The notes: generated by a model from the letters alone, not told the origin. 64,000 bases of DNA from Gammaproteobacteria bacterium (GCA_965222155.1 CBDCTH010000012.1:1280001-1344000); one strand, 5' to 3'; positions 20,927 to 31,093 are shown, numbered from the stretch's first letter. A program made the numbers and translations.

Positions 20927-23491
20927 ATGACCATCGATCACATCCATGCCCTGCCGCCCGGCACCCGCTTTGAGGAATACCGGCTGGATGTGGTGCTGGG
21001 GGCCGGAGGCTTCGGGATTACCTACCGGGCGTACGATGCCCACCTGGACGTGCATGTCGCTATCAAGGAGTACCTGCCCGGGGAGTTTGCAACGCGGTCG
21101 GAGGGCAGCACAGTGGTACCCAAATCCAGCACGGACGTCCAGGATTATCAATGGGGCTTGAGCCGCTTCCTGGACGAGGCCCGTACCCTGGCGCGCTTTG
21201 ACCATCCGCACCTGAACAAGGTGCGCCGCTTTTTCGAGGCCAACGGTACGGCCTACATGGTGCTGGAGTACATTCACGGCGAGACCCTGGCTGCCCGACT
21301 GGGCCGCGATGCGCGCTTGCCGGAAGCGGCGTTGCTGCGCCTGCTGGAAGAAATCCTGTCGGGCCTGGCGGTGATACACAAGGCGGGCTACGTGCACCGG
21401 GACATCAAGCCGGGCAACCTGATGTTGCGGGAAGAGGACGGGAGCGCGGTGCTGCTGGACTTCGGCGCCGCCCGCCAGGCGGTGGGCCAGCGATCCAAGT
21501 CGATCACAAGCATCCTGACCCCGGGCTATGCCCCGATAGAGCAGTATGACAGCAAGGCGGACGACGTGGGGCCGTGGAGCGATATCTATGCGTTGGGCAT
21601 GGTGGCCTACAAGTGTATCAGCGGGACGGGTGACGGGGCGTTGCCGGATGCGGTGACGCGAGGCCGGGCACAGCGCAAGGGCGGGGTGGACCTGGCCTCG
21701 GCGGCGGTAGCGGGCAAGGGCCGGTACAGTCCGAAGTTATTGGAAGCGATAGACTGGGCGATTGAGGTGGATGAGGAGGCCCGTCCGCAAGGGGTAGCTG
21801 AGTGGTTGGAAGCATTGGCGGGGGGTAGTAGCAAGCATCGTAAAACCGGCACCGGGCACAAGCCCGCGACCCGGCCTGCAAAGGCCCCGGCGACCGAGCG
21901 CACCGGCATGAGTTGGTCGAGCATGGCGCTGACGGCGGTGATTGTCGTGCTGCTGGGGGCGAGCGCCTGGCAGGGCTGGCGGCTATACCGGGGTATGCCG
22001 GTGGTTACCCCGGATGAAACGACCACCATGGCGGAGTCACAGGATGAATCACAGACAGACAGGGAATCAGACCCACAAACAACAGGGACACCGGTGGACA
22101 CAGGGTCGGACAGTCCGGCGGAGACTGCACCAGTTATGTCCGAAACTGAGCCAGTAGCGTCGGCGGACAGCGCAGCAGCGCAGCAACCGGCGGCGGACCC
22201 GGCCAAGGATGCGCCTGCTGAAGAAGACGAGGTAACCCGGTTGCTGGCGGGGGCTGATGCGGACATCACGGCGTGGCGCTTGACCAGCCCTGTCGGAAAC
22301 AACGCCTGGGAGAAGTATCAACGGGTACTGAGTTTATCGCCGACGCACCCGGCGGCCATGGCGGGGATGGAGCGGGTTATAGGGAGTTATATGGCGTTAT
22401 TCGGGGCGGCGCTGGAGCAGGAGGACTTTGACCAGGCTGACAGTTACCTTGAGCGTATCCGCGCCCTGCACCCGGACTCCCCTGCTCTGTTGACGGGGAA
22501 AAAGCAGTTGGAAGTGGCCAAACAGGCGCGTGCCGAGCGTCTGGCTGAGCAGGAGAGGCAACGTCAGGCGGAGGAAGCGGCGCGCCAGGCGGAACTGGAG
22601 CAGCAACGCATTGCCCGTGCCATTGAGGGACATTGGGAAGCGTTTGAGACTGCAATGCAGCGGGATGGGTGGGATGAGGCGGCGGGTAACCTCAATCAGG
22701 TACGCGACCTGAATCCCGATGAGCCGGGTCTGGCAACAGGGGAGCGGCGTCTGGCAGCGGCGCGGGAGGCCGCCCGGCAGAAGGCGCTGCAATATGTCGG
22801 TGAAATGGTCTCGATACCCGCCGGCACGTTCCGCATGGGGGACATGAGTGGCGATGGTCAGAGTGATGAAAAACCGGTCCACCGCGTAAGGGTGTCGGCC
22901 TTCAATCTGGGCAAGTACGAGGTGACGTTTGCCCAATGGGACGCCTGCGTAGCGGACGGGGGTTGTGGCGGTTACCGGCCGGAGGATTATGGCAGCGGCC
23001 GGGATAATCACCCGGTGATAAACGTCTCCTGGGACTATGTCCAGACGTTCATCTTCTGGTTGAATAAGAAGACCGGCGGTAATTTCCGCTTGCCGAGCGC
23101 GGCGGAGTGGGAGTATGCGGCCCGTGCCGGGAGCAAGACCAAATACTCTTGGGGGAACAGCATCGGCAGCAACCGGGCGAATTGCGACGGTTGCGGCAGT
23201 CGATGGGATGATGACCGGACTGCGCCGGTGGGGAGTTTCTCTGCCAATGCCTGGGGGTTACATGACATGCACGGCAACGTGTGGGAGTGGACAGAGGACT
23301 GCTGGAACGACAGTTACGCGGGGGCGCCGAGTGACGGCCGCGCCTGGGAACTGGGGAACTGCGGCCAGCGTGTGATTCGCGGCGGTTCCTTGTTCCACGG
23401 ACCGGGGGGCCTGCGTTCCGCCTCCCGTGGCTGGAATACCCGCTCGTACCGCGGCTCCTACATCGGCTTCCGCTTGGCCCAGGACAAGTAG
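20927..23491 (+). CDS. DGR target 2: Ser/Thr kinase - TM - helical repeats - FGE-sulfatase/CLec domain
   Basis: Paralog of 14112-16805 with intact kinase motifs and an apparently identical FGE domain. Confidence 0.93.
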   Translation: MTIDHIHALPPGTRFEEYRLDVVLGAGGFGITYRAYDAHLDVHVAIKEYLPGEFATRSEGSTVVPKSSTDVQDYQWGLSRFLDEARTLARFDHPHLNKVRRFFEANGTAYMVLEYIHGETLAARLGRDARLPEAALLRLLEEILSGLAVIHKAGYVHRDIKPGNLMLREEDGSAVLLDFGAARQAVGQRSKSITSILTPGYAPIEQYDSKADDVGPWSDIYALGMVAYKCISGTGDGALPDAVTRGRAQRKGGVDLASAAVAGKGRYSPKLLEAIDWAIEVDEEARPQGVAEWLEALAGGSSKHRKTGTGHKPATRPAKAPATERTGMSWSSMALTAVIVVLLGASAWQGWRLYRGMPVVTPDETTTMAESQDESQTDRESDPQTTGTPVDTGSDSPAETAPVMSETEPVASADSAAAQQPAADPAKDAPAEEDEVTRLLAGADADITAWRLTSPVGNNAWEKYQRVLSLSPTHPAAMAGMERVIGSYMALFGAALEQEDFDQADSYLERIRALHPDSPALLTGKKQLEVAKQARAERLAEQERQRQAEEAARQAELEQQRIARAIEGHWEAFETAMQRDGWDEAAGNLNQVRDLNPDEPGLATGERRLAAAREAARQKALQYVGEMVSIPAGTFRMGDMSGDGQSDEKPVHRVRVSAFNLGKYEVTFAQWDACVADGGCGGYRPEDYGSGRDNHPVINVSWDYVQTFIFWLNKKTGGNFRLPSAAEWEYAARAGSKTKYSWGNSIGSNRANCDGCGSRWDDDRTAPVGSFSANAWGLHDMHGNVWEWTEDCWNDSYAGAPSDGRAWELGNCGQRVIRGGSLFHGPGGLRSASRGWNTRSYRGSYIGFRLAQDK
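23364..23482 (+). repeat. DGR variable repeat VR2
   Basis: 119-nt match to TR; 19 differences at TR adenines and 1 non-A difference. Confidence 0.95.
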
Positions 23492-23570
23492 ACCGAAGGC
23501 ATTATGCCAACTATCTGTACGAAACTTTCTATCAGGATTCCCTTTAAACTTTTCACTTTTTCCCTTTTCT

Positions 23571-23591
23571 GCCCGGCGCACAGCGCCGGGC
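23571..23591. promoter_or_regulatory. GC hairpin after VR2
   Basis: GCCCGGCGC-ACA-GCGCCGGGC. Confidence 0.7.
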
Positions 23592-23848
23592 TGCGATTTT
23601 TTCAGGAGTTACCCATACAAATTCCTGCACCGACCTGAAATTCCCTCATATTTTCCAATTCACGTAACTTAACTAGAAAAAGTCCACCACAACCGCGACT
23701 CATTTCTAAAACCGTATTTCTAAAACCGTATTACTTATAGACAAACCCCCCATACTTGATTAGCATAAGTCACAAGGAGGGGCTACCGTAAACGTTGATC
23801 CCGTTACAAAGCGTCAGTCTGACATTCTCATGCGAACGCCAACCGTCC

Positions 23849-24256
23849 ATGTCCAGGATTCGTTGTTATATCGTCGGGCGTGACCCCTCCGCATCCATCG
23901 TCCTGCAGCATGAGACGGTGTCGCGCAGGCATGCAGAACTGATTCCCGTGTCCGGCGGGCAGGTATACGTGACGGACTGCGCCAGCACCTGCGGGACTTT
24001 TATCGATAAAGGCGGCCGTTGGGAGAAAGTCAGCCAGGATTTCGTCAGCGCCGGAGGCAGGGTACGCTTCGGCGACGTAGAGGTTAGCGTGCAGAGTTTG
24101 CTGGCCGATATTGCCCGCCTGCCTGCCGGCGATGGAGCGGCTCCCGGCGGTTCGGCAGATCCCGGGGGTTCCCCAGGTGTTGATAAGAAGAAACAGGTGG
24201 ATGCCAGCCACGGGGTCGTGCGCGACCCCGACACGGGGGAGCCGATCGCCATGTGA
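23849..24256 (+). CDS. FHA domain protein
   Basis: IVGRD...VSRRHAEL...VTDCASTCGTFI. Confidence 0.85.
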   Translation: MSRIRCYIVGRDPSASIVLQHETVSRRHAELIPVSGGQVYVTDCASTCGTFIDKGGRWEKVSQDFVSAGGRVRFGDVEVSVQSLLADIARLPAGDGAAPGGSADPGGSPGVDKKKQVDASHGVVRDPDTGEPIAM

Positions 24257-24271
24257 TCGGATTGACAGACC

Positions 24272-25075
24272 ATGAACCAGAGAATGACGATATTCACAGG
24301 CGCACTGGGCGCAGGCGTAGTCTTCATCGGCGTGCTCAGCCTGTTCCTGTCTGAAGGCTTTTTCGCCGATTTCCTGCTGGACAGGAATTCAAAGTTCATG
24401 CCGTATCCGGTCACCATACAGAATATCATGTGGCTGGTATTCTTCATCGGGGCAGGAGAACTGTTGTTGCGCTACCTGCAAACAGACCGGGAAATAAGTC
24501 AGATCCGCCTGGGACTCCTGCCGGAGGACAGCACGACCTTGTTGCGCAAGCAGGACCTTGGCGGCGTATATCAGCGCGTCAAGGAGACCATGTATCCGGC
24601 ACCGGGCGAGGTAGGCACGTTCGGGCGCAGCAAGGGTGCGGCTGATGATTCCTATTTCCTGCAACGCCTGTTGTCCCGTTGTATCCTCCAGTTCCAGGTC
24701 AGCGGAGCCATCGACAAGGCGAACAACATGTTCAACTCCAGCCTGGAACTGTTCCAGCACGAGGTCGAACTGAGATACAACGCCATACGCTATATCGTCT
24801 GGCTGATCCCAACCCTGGGTTTTATCGGCACCGTCGTCGGCATCGCGCTGGCGCTCAGTGACGCAGGCAGCGTCGAGAACTACCAGGACCCCACTCTGCT
24901 TAAACAGCTCACGCAGAGTCTCGGCGTCGCCTTTTTTACCACCCTGCTGGCACTGTTGCAGTCCGCTGTGCTGATGTTCGCGCTGCATGTCGTCCAGGGT
25001 CAGGAGGAAGCATCGCTGAACAGGATTGGACAGTATTGCCTGGATAACCTGATTAACCGGTTGTATGAGACCTGA
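24272..25075 (+). CDS. MotA/TolQ/ExbB proton-channel family protein
   Basis: IPTLGFIGTVVGI and LGVAFFTTLLAL TM motifs. Confidence 0.85.
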   Translation: MNQRMTIFTGALGAGVVFIGVLSLFLSEGFFADFLLDRNSKFMPYPVTIQNIMWLVFFIGAGELLLRYLQTDREISQIRLGLLPEDSTTLLRKQDLGGVYQRVKETMYPAPGEVGTFGRSKGAADDSYFLQRLLSRCILQFQVSGAIDKANNMFNSSLELFQHEVELRYNAIRYIVWLIPTLGFIGTVVGIALALSDAGSVENYQDPTLLKQLTQSLGVAFFTTLLALLQSAVLMFALHVVQGQEEASLNRIGQYCLDNLINRLYET

Positions 25076-25181
25076 TGCGCGGCGCTTGTGAATTCCGCCG
25101 ACCGGACGGGCCTGTAATTTGAATACGCCGTGTTTGTCTGTTAAATTTTAATGCACTGAAAACTGCGAAGGGGAGAAAATC

Positions 25182-25844
25182 ATGCCGGTAAAACGCGACG
25201 CGGACGGGAATATCATCGAGGAAAAGACAAGAATCGCCGGGGGGTTCGATCAGGTTTCACCGACGTTAGCGGGGCAATCACCCGTTGGCGCCACGGTCGG
25301 TCCCGGCAAAAACCCCCAGTCCGATCCTGGCCGGCAATCGGGTTATGAGGCCCAGACGGTCCTGGCAGGCTCAACCCGCGCCGCCGGTGGGGAAGCCAAG
25401 ACCAGGATATACCGGCCCGGCAGGACGGAGCGGGGGCAGCCGGGGACGACGTTGTCAAGTACGGATACTGAGGATTCGCCGTCCGCTGCCATGGACGACC
25501 CGCCGGTAGGGTGGCTGGTTGTCATCAAGGGGCCGGGACAGGGGAATTTCATGGCCGTCGGCAACGGTTCGAATTCGGTCGGACGCGATGAGGGCGAGCG
25601 CGTCCGTGTAGATTTTGGCGACGAGATGATCTCCCGTAGCGGCCATTCGGCGATTACCTACGACCCCAGGGGCAAGAAGTTTTACCTGCAACACGGCGCT
25701 GGAAAAAATCTGACTTACCTGGAGGGCAATCCGGTCCTGTCGCCGACGGAACTGTCCAGATTCTCCCGGATCACCATAGGGAACACCGAATTACTGTTCG
25801 TCCCGCTCTGCTGCGAACAGTTCGACTGGGATGAATATACGTAA
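25182..25844 (+). CDS. FHA domain protein with Thr-rich disordered N-terminus
   Basis: PVGWLVVIKGPGQG...NSVGR...ISRSGHSAITYDP...NLTYL. Confidence 0.82.
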   Translation: MPVKRDADGNIIEEKTRIAGGFDQVSPTLAGQSPVGATVGPGKNPQSDPGRQSGYEAQTVLAGSTRAAGGEAKTRIYRPGRTERGQPGTTLSSTDTEDSPSAAMDDPPVGWLVVIKGPGQGNFMAVGNGSNSVGRDEGERVRVDFGDEMISRSGHSAITYDPRGKKFYLQHGAGKNLTYLEGNPVLSPTELSRFSRITIGNTELLFVPLCCEQFDWDEYT

Positions 25845-25853
25845 CAGGTCATT

Positions 25854-26837
25854 ATGAATGCCGTCAAGCAGTGGGTGGCAGGGGAGCAAATCCAGGGGGA
25901 CCGAAATTACCAGGAAGACGATTTCTCGATTCGCCTTCTGTTTCAAGACCGGGACTCTCTGGATGAGGACCAGCTGCTGCTCGTGCTGGCCGACGGCATG
26001 GGCGGCCATGCCGGCGGCGCCGTTGCCAGCAAGACGGTAGTCCAGGCTTTCCAGGAGGGCTTCTACCGGAATGCGTCCGGCATCGCAGAACGCTTCAATG
26101 CCGGCATTGAAACCGCCAACAACGCCGTTAAGGAAAAGCAACTAGCCGACCTGAACCTGTCCGAAATGGGCTGCACCCTGGTCGCCGCATTGGTTGTCGG
26201 GTCGAGTCTTTACTGGACCAGTGTCGGCGACTCCATACTGTGGCTGTTCAGGCAGAACCGCCTGCAGCGGCTGAATGCGGATCATTCCATGAAGCCCCTG
26301 CTACTGGACCTGGTTGAGTTGGGTAGGATGACCGAAGAAGAGGCCTTGAGCGATTCCAGGATCAACCAGTTGCGCTCGGCCATCTTTGGCGAGGAGGTCC
26401 CGTTAATCGACATGAACGCGGACGGTTTCCAGTTGGAAGCCGGCGATCTGATTTTGCTGGCCACTGATGGCCTTGAAACCCTGTCGGAGGAAGGAATGGC
26501 GGATGTCATCAAGGCAGGCGCAAACGATGCCGATGAGATAGTGAACGCCCTGCTTGACGCCGTCGCCATGGCGGGCGTGCGCGGACAGGACAACACCACG
26601 GCGCTGGTGTACCGGGTTGGTGAGGGGAATGATTCACTGCACGGCGCGCTGGCTGGTATAAGCGCAACTGGCCAGGGAGCCGGTTTCGAGCAACAGATTA
26701 AACCCTCCCGGACATGCGAGATTCGTCCTGAACAGGATGGAGAAGCTCCGGAAAAGCGACCGGGGATTTTCGCCAGAATTATGCACGCCTTTTCGGGTAA
26801 GCCTGCGCAGGAAAACACACGGGGAAAAACGCAATGA
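25854..26837 (+). CDS. PP2C/PPM Ser/Thr phosphatase
   Basis: RNYQED, LADGMGGHAGG, MGCTL, VGDS, LATDGL, DNTT. Confidence 0.93.
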   Translation: MNAVKQWVAGEQIQGDRNYQEDDFSIRLLFQDRDSLDEDQLLLVLADGMGGHAGGAVASKTVVQAFQEGFYRNASGIAERFNAGIETANNAVKEKQLADLNLSEMGCTLVAALVVGSSLYWTSVGDSILWLFRQNRLQRLNADHSMKPLLLDLVELGRMTEEEALSDSRINQLRSAIFGEEVPLIDMNADGFQLEAGDLILLATDGLETLSEEGMADVIKAGANDADEIVNALLDAVAMAGVRGQDNTTALVYRVGEGNDSLHGALAGISATGQGAGFEQQIKPSRTCEIRPEQDGEAPEKRPGIFARIMHAFSGKPAQENTRGKTQ

Positions 26838-28921
26838 TAGCAATGCGACCAATATTATGGTGCGCGATCCTGCTGTATCTGCCGGTCGGTATCAGCCAGA
26901 CACCAGACGCCGGGTCTGAGTCTCCGGCGGAGACGCAGAATGCCCCAGCGACCGCGGAAGGGACAGGGGAAACAGCCGGCGCTGTCACCGGTACCACGAG
27001 TACCACCGTTACTCCACCCGCTGATGTCACCACACCTCCTCCTGGAGACACACCTGATCCGGCCACGGCGCCTGCTGCCACCCCGGAAACCTCTGCTGAT
27101 GCAACACCGGCCGCTCCACAAGCAGGTGCTGCTGCGCTCGCAACTGCACCCCCTGACCCGGCGGAAGAAATTGCGGCACCCGCAGATGCGCCTGCCACTC
27201 CAGCTGACGCCTCACCTGCGCCTGCCGCAGCAGTCACAGACGCCGTTGTCGAGTCGCCAGAGACTGCCGAGGTGACCACGGACACCGCTGCCGAAGCGTC
27301 CGCGGCACCAGGGAGCCCTGCGCAGGCCCCCGCCTCCTCACCGGATACGGCCGCGGCAACTGTCGCTGCACCTGCAACGCAGGTTCCCGCAACCGTCGAT
27401 TTCAGCGCAGTTCGACCCTACCTGGTCGTCGTGAAAGACGGGATGGATGCCGCCGCCCGCCAGACGCCGGGATTCAGCATCAGCGATCAGGGACATATCC
27501 TGACATACTCGGGCGAATTACGCGCCCGGGATTCTTATCTTGTCTCGATTGCCGACGGCCAGATCTTTACTGCGGCGCTGCTTGATAAAGATAAAGAAAC
27601 CGGTCTCATGCTGGTCAGGATTGCCGAAGGCGGTCACGGCCTCGGCGCCTTGAAGTTTGCGAGAACAGCGCTTGAAGCCGCGGCGCCGCTGTATGCAGTC
27701 AAATTCGACCCGGCGCAGGCAGAGCCGTTCATGCCTGTTGCCGGCACGGTCTCACGGCTGCCCGACATTGATGAGGATATCCCGTCGATCGTGCATAACG
27801 CCTTGTTCAATACGGCGGCGGCCGGGACGCCGTTGTTTAACCGGTGTTACCAGATGGTGGGGGTCAACGTGCTGCAAAAAGAGGGGTTTTCGTCGAAAAC
27901 CATCGATCCCGAGAAACAGGGCAGCGCGAGTTCCCTTGCGGCCTACCCGTTGAGTGTGTTCCTGGCTGCGGCAAACCTCACCCTGCCCATTAGTGAGGCT
28001 GAGTGCCTGAGTGTGGAAGAGGAAGCGCGGCTGCGACTGGAACTGGCCCAGCGGGAAAAAGAGGCTGCCCTGCAGGCAGAGCGGGAAAGCGCCGAAGCCC
28101 GGGCCAGGGTCGTTACGGAGGAAGCGCAACGCAGAGAAGCGGAATTGAGCAGGGAGAGGGAGGCGGCGCAGCAGCAGGTCGAGCAGGCGCACCGGGAGAG
28201 AGAGGCAGCCCTGCAAGCGGAGCGGCAGCAGGTCGAGGCCGAGAAACGCCGGCTCGAAGAAGAAGCGCAACAACGCCTTGAACAGGCGCAGCAGGAAAAA
28301 GAACAGGCCCTGCAGGCGCAACAGCAGGAGAAAGAGCAAGCCCTGCAGGCAGAGAGGCAGGAGACCGAACAGGCCAGGCAGGAAGCCAGGCAGGCAACGC
28401 ACATGGGGAAACAAATCCTGCAATTTTCCCTGATGGTCGGCCTCGCCCTGCTGCTTGTCTTCTTTCTTGTCATACGCGCCAGGCGTAAACGTTTGCAAGG
28501 CGTAGAGCAGGAAAAACAGCAGATTGCCCATGCCCTGGACAAGGCCCAGGCCGATTTGTCCGACGCCTCCGAACGGGAACAGTTGCGCGCCGTCGCCCCC
28601 GATGTCTTTATCGAGGGTATCACGCCGCAAAATGAGCTGATTGCCCTGAAAATCCCTGGCGCCTCACTGGTAGAACCCTCGGGTGCCACGGTAGGCAGGA
28701 GCCCTGTCGAATCGGCGTTCGTCATCAATCACGAACAGGTTTCACGCCGCCATTTCCGCCTCTTGCTGGTTTCCGGGCAAGTCATGATCGAAGACCTGGG
28801 TTCCACGAACGGGACCGTTGTAAACGGCGTGCCCCTCAATCCCGGCGCCCGGCAAGCACTGGGCAACGGCAGCCGCCTTGGTACCGGCCACCTGGCGTTT
28901 ACGGTGCGTTTAGGTCCTTGA
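26834..28921 (+). CDS. Membrane protein: signal peptide, Pro/Ala/Thr linker, degenerate trypsin-like domain, coiled coil, TM, FHA
   Basis: GFSISDQGHILT and AAGTPLFNRC..VGVN trypsin-like segments; TM 'FSLMVGLALLLVFFLVI'; FHA VGR..VSRRH..DLGSTNGT. Confidence 0.78.
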   Translation: MIAMRPILWCAILLYLPVGISQTPDAGSESPAETQNAPATAEGTGETAGAVTGTTSTTVTPPADVTTPPPGDTPDPATAPAATPETSADATPAAPQAGAAALATAPPDPAEEIAAPADAPATPADASPAPAAAVTDAVVESPETAEVTTDTAAEASAAPGSPAQAPASSPDTAAATVAAPATQVPATVDFSAVRPYLVVVKDGMDAAARQTPGFSISDQGHILTYSGELRARDSYLVSIADGQIFTAALLDKDKETGLMLVRIAEGGHGLGALKFARTALEAAAPLYAVKFDPAQAEPFMPVAGTVSRLPDIDEDIPSIVHNALFNTAAAGTPLFNRCYQMVGVNVLQKEGFSSKTIDPEKQGSASSLAAYPLSVFLAAANLTLPISEAECLSVEEEARLRLELAQREKEAALQAERESAEARARVVTEEAQRREAELSREREAAQQQVEQAHREREAALQAERQQVEAEKRRLEEEAQQRLEQAQQEKEQALQAQQQEKEQALQAERQETEQARQEARQATHMGKQILQFSLMVGLALLLVFFLVIRARRKRLQGVEQEKQQIAHALDKAQADLSDASEREQLRAVAPDVFIEGITPQNELIALKIPGASLVEPSGATVGRSPVESAFVINHEQVSRRHFRLLLVSGQVMIEDLGSTNGTVVNGVPLNPGARQALGNGSRLGTGHLAFTVRLGP

Positions 28922-30160
28922 ATGAACCGTCCCTTGTTACACTGGGTGATAATTCTAGGCCTCTGCGGCCTAAACAACGGAGCCCGCGCCGATTTTGTTG
29001 GCCGATCAGGGAGCGCAATGCCGCACTTCATTGACGGGTGGGCTCATATAGCGGCAACCCCGGGCCGGAACTTGCCAGGGGTTGACTGGATGGATTATAT
29101 CCCGGCCATCGTTGATATATTGCCCGATGTAGTCGATCTTTTCGATCGACCTCCCAAGGACAAGGAAGAACAGTATAGAGAGGAGCAGGAAGCGCAACAG
29201 GAACAGGATGCGGCGCAACAGGAACAGGATGCGGCGCAACGGGAACGCCAGCGGGCACAGCAGGCCGAGCAGGAAGCGCAACGGCAGCGGGAAGCGGCGC
29301 AACGGGAACGCCAGCGGGCACAGCGGGCTGAGCAGGAAGCGCAACGGCAGCGGGAAGCGGTGCATCAGTCGAGGGAAATGGCGGAAGAAGCCAGGGGCGC
29401 GGCAGAGGAAGCGAAAGGAACTGCCCGGGAGGCGAAAGGAATCGCACAAGATGCAAAAGGCGTGGCCCAGGAAGCCAGAGGTGCGGCGCAAGAGGCTAAG
29501 GGAATTTCGCAGGAGGCGAAAGGTGAGGCGCAGGCGGCAAAGGGTACGGCGGAAGAAGCCAGGGGCGTGGCGCACGAGGCGAAAGGCACGGCGGAGCAGG
29601 CACGAGGCACTGCGGTTGAAGCCCAGAGACAGGTTGAGGTAGCGCACGTACGCGTGGGCCAGCAAAACACGTTTGTGGCTCTGCTGGCCCTGTTGACCCT
29701 GCTGGCCCTGATCCTGGCCCTGAGAAAGCCCAGGCAGGCCATCGTCCGGGCTGCCGGGCACGCGATGGAACCATTGAGTCGGCGCTTCAAGCCAGCAGCA
29801 CACAAGCTGGCTCCCGGCGCAGGTCACGCCGGAACTGCAAACGTTGTACTCACGGGATTTAACAACAAAGGCAGGCCGGTCAATGTTCCGCTGCCGGAGT
29901 CGGAACTGGACCCGAAACTGGGCGGTTTCACCCTGGGACGCCATCACCTGCTGGTTGATAAGGTGCTGGACGATGATCGGGTATCGAAGCGACATGCCAG
30001 GTTCTCCCATAACGGGTGCGGTTATTTTGTCGAAGATCTCAATTCAAGGAACGGTACCGTCATTAACGGCACCCAGCCGTGCGCGCCCTTCAAACCGATA
30101 CAAATCAGATCCGGCGATACGGTGCGACTCGGTGGCATGGAGTTGATCGTGTCCGCCTGA
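28922..30160 (+). CDS. Membrane protein: repetitive coiled coil, TM, FHA
   Basis: QEQDAAQ and AxEAKG repeats; TM 'FVALLALLTLLALILAL'; FHA LGR..VSKRH..DLNSRNGT. Confidence 0.8.
   Translation: MNRPLLHWVIILGLCGLNNGARADFVGRSGSAMPHFIDGWAHIAATPGRNLPGVDWMDYIPAIVDILPDVVDLFDRPPKDKEEQYREEQEAQQEQDAAQQEQDAAQRERQRAQQAEQEAQRQREAAQRERQRAQRAEQEAQRQREAVHQSREMAEEARGAAEEAKGTAREAKGIAQDAKGVAQEARGAAQEAKGISQEAKGEAQAAKGTAEEARGVAHEAKGTAEQARGTAVEAQRQVEVAHVRVGQQNTFVALLALLTLLALILALRKPRQAIVRAAGHAMEPLSRRFKPAAHKLAPGAGHAGTANVVLTGFNNKGRPVNVPLPESELDPKLGGFTLGRHHLLVDKVLDDDRVSKRHARFSHNGCGYFVEDLNSRNGTVINGTQPCAPFKPIQIRSGDTVRLGGMELIVSA
29192..29360 (+). repeat. Coding tandem repeats (21-bp and ~63-bp units)
   Basis: GCGCAACAGGAACAGGATGCG x2 and AQRERQRAQ(Q/R)AEQEAQRQREA x2. 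Confidence 0.7.
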
Positions 30161-30173
30161 TGCAGGAGAACCT

Positions 30174-30998
30174 GTGAGGTTACGCAGTAAGGAGATCAAT
30201 GTCTTCAACATGTCCGCGCTGGACCTGTTTGCCTCCGCGCTGGGCGCTTTTATCCTGATCTCCGTTGTCCTGTTTCCCTATTTCCCCAATACGGGCGATT
30301 CACAGGAGCGCGTGGATGATGTCAAGGCGCAGTTGGAACAGGCCAATGCCGAGCTGGAGGAAACCAGCGCGGAACTGGAACAGACCAGCACCGAACTGGA
30401 AGAAGTCCGTGCGCAATTGAACCCCAACCTTCAACAGGAACTGCAGGCCGTGCGGGGACAACTCGGTTCCTGTGAGACCGAGCGCCGGGAAGCACAGGCC
30501 GCCCTCAATTCCTGCCAGACAGAGCAGCGACAGGCCGCATCGATGAATTCAGCTCTCGGCGCCTGCGAGAGCCGCAACCAGCAGATGCAGCAGGAACTTC
30601 AATCGTGTGAAACACAACTGCGCAAGAAATTCGTACTGGTCGTGATCAGCTGGGGTACGCCGGATGACATTGATCTGCACGTGACCGACCCGGCCGGGCG
30701 GGAGTTCTTTTTCGGGCGCAAATACCACTCCGGTTCCCTGGCGAAACTGGAAGAGGACAACACCCGCGGCCCCGGCAACGAAATCTGGCTACACCCGGCC
30801 GCGGAGCCCGGCAGGTACCAGGTGCACTATAAATATTTTAGGGGATCGGGCGACAGTGTATCGGTACGTGGCGCGGTGCTGACGCCGCGCGGCAGGACGG
30901 AGTTACCGGGAACGACCTTGAGGTACGTCGACGACAAGCCCCTGGTTGCTACCGTTATAGTCGATGATGAGGGCTACGCCGAAGTAATAGCGAGGTAG
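30174..30998 (+). CDS. ExbD/MotB-like N-terminal TM (conserved Asp), coiled coil, YfaP/DUF2135-like C-terminal domain
   Basis: 'FNMSALDLFASALGAFILI' TM with Asp; 'ISW...DIDLHVTDPAG...DNTRGPGNE' motif. Confidence 0.62.
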   Translation: MRLRSKEINVFNMSALDLFASALGAFILISVVLFPYFPNTGDSQERVDDVKAQLEQANAELEETSAELEQTSTELEEVRAQLNPNLQQELQAVRGQLGSCETERREAQAALNSCQTEQRQAASMNSALGACESRNQQMQQELQSCETQLRKKFVLVVISWGTPDDIDLHVTDPAGREFFFGRKYHSGSLAKLEEDNTRGPGNEIWLHPAAEPGRYQVHYKYFRGSGDSVSVRGAVLTPRGRTELPGTTLRYVDDKPLVATVIVDDEGYAEVIAR

Positions 30999-31009
30999 TG
31001 ATAGTGCCG

Positions 31010-31053
31010 GGAATTCTTCCGCATTGACACGGCTTCGCTGGCCGTCTTACAAT
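31010..31053 (+). promoter_or_regulatory. Sigma70 promoter of DGR target 3
   Basis: GGAATTCTTCC, TTGACA(31024)-18 bp-TACAAT(31048). Confidence 0.72.
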
Positions 31054-31093
31054 CCATAACCACCCGAGCGCCATAACCGGAGACTGACATCCC

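Noticed and set aside
23702-23729. 14-bp tandem repeat ATTTCTAAAACCGT x2 upstream of the FHA operon
   Set aside because: Only two copies and no second occurrence; cannot be told from a slippage duplication
29192-29630. Regularly spaced repeats as a CRISPR array
   Set aside because: They are in-frame coiled-coil coding repeats without unique spacers, and no cas genes are present
23849-30998. Type VI secretion cluster
   Set aside because: Kinase, PP2C and FHA resemble T6SS regulators, but no structural tss genes are in the window
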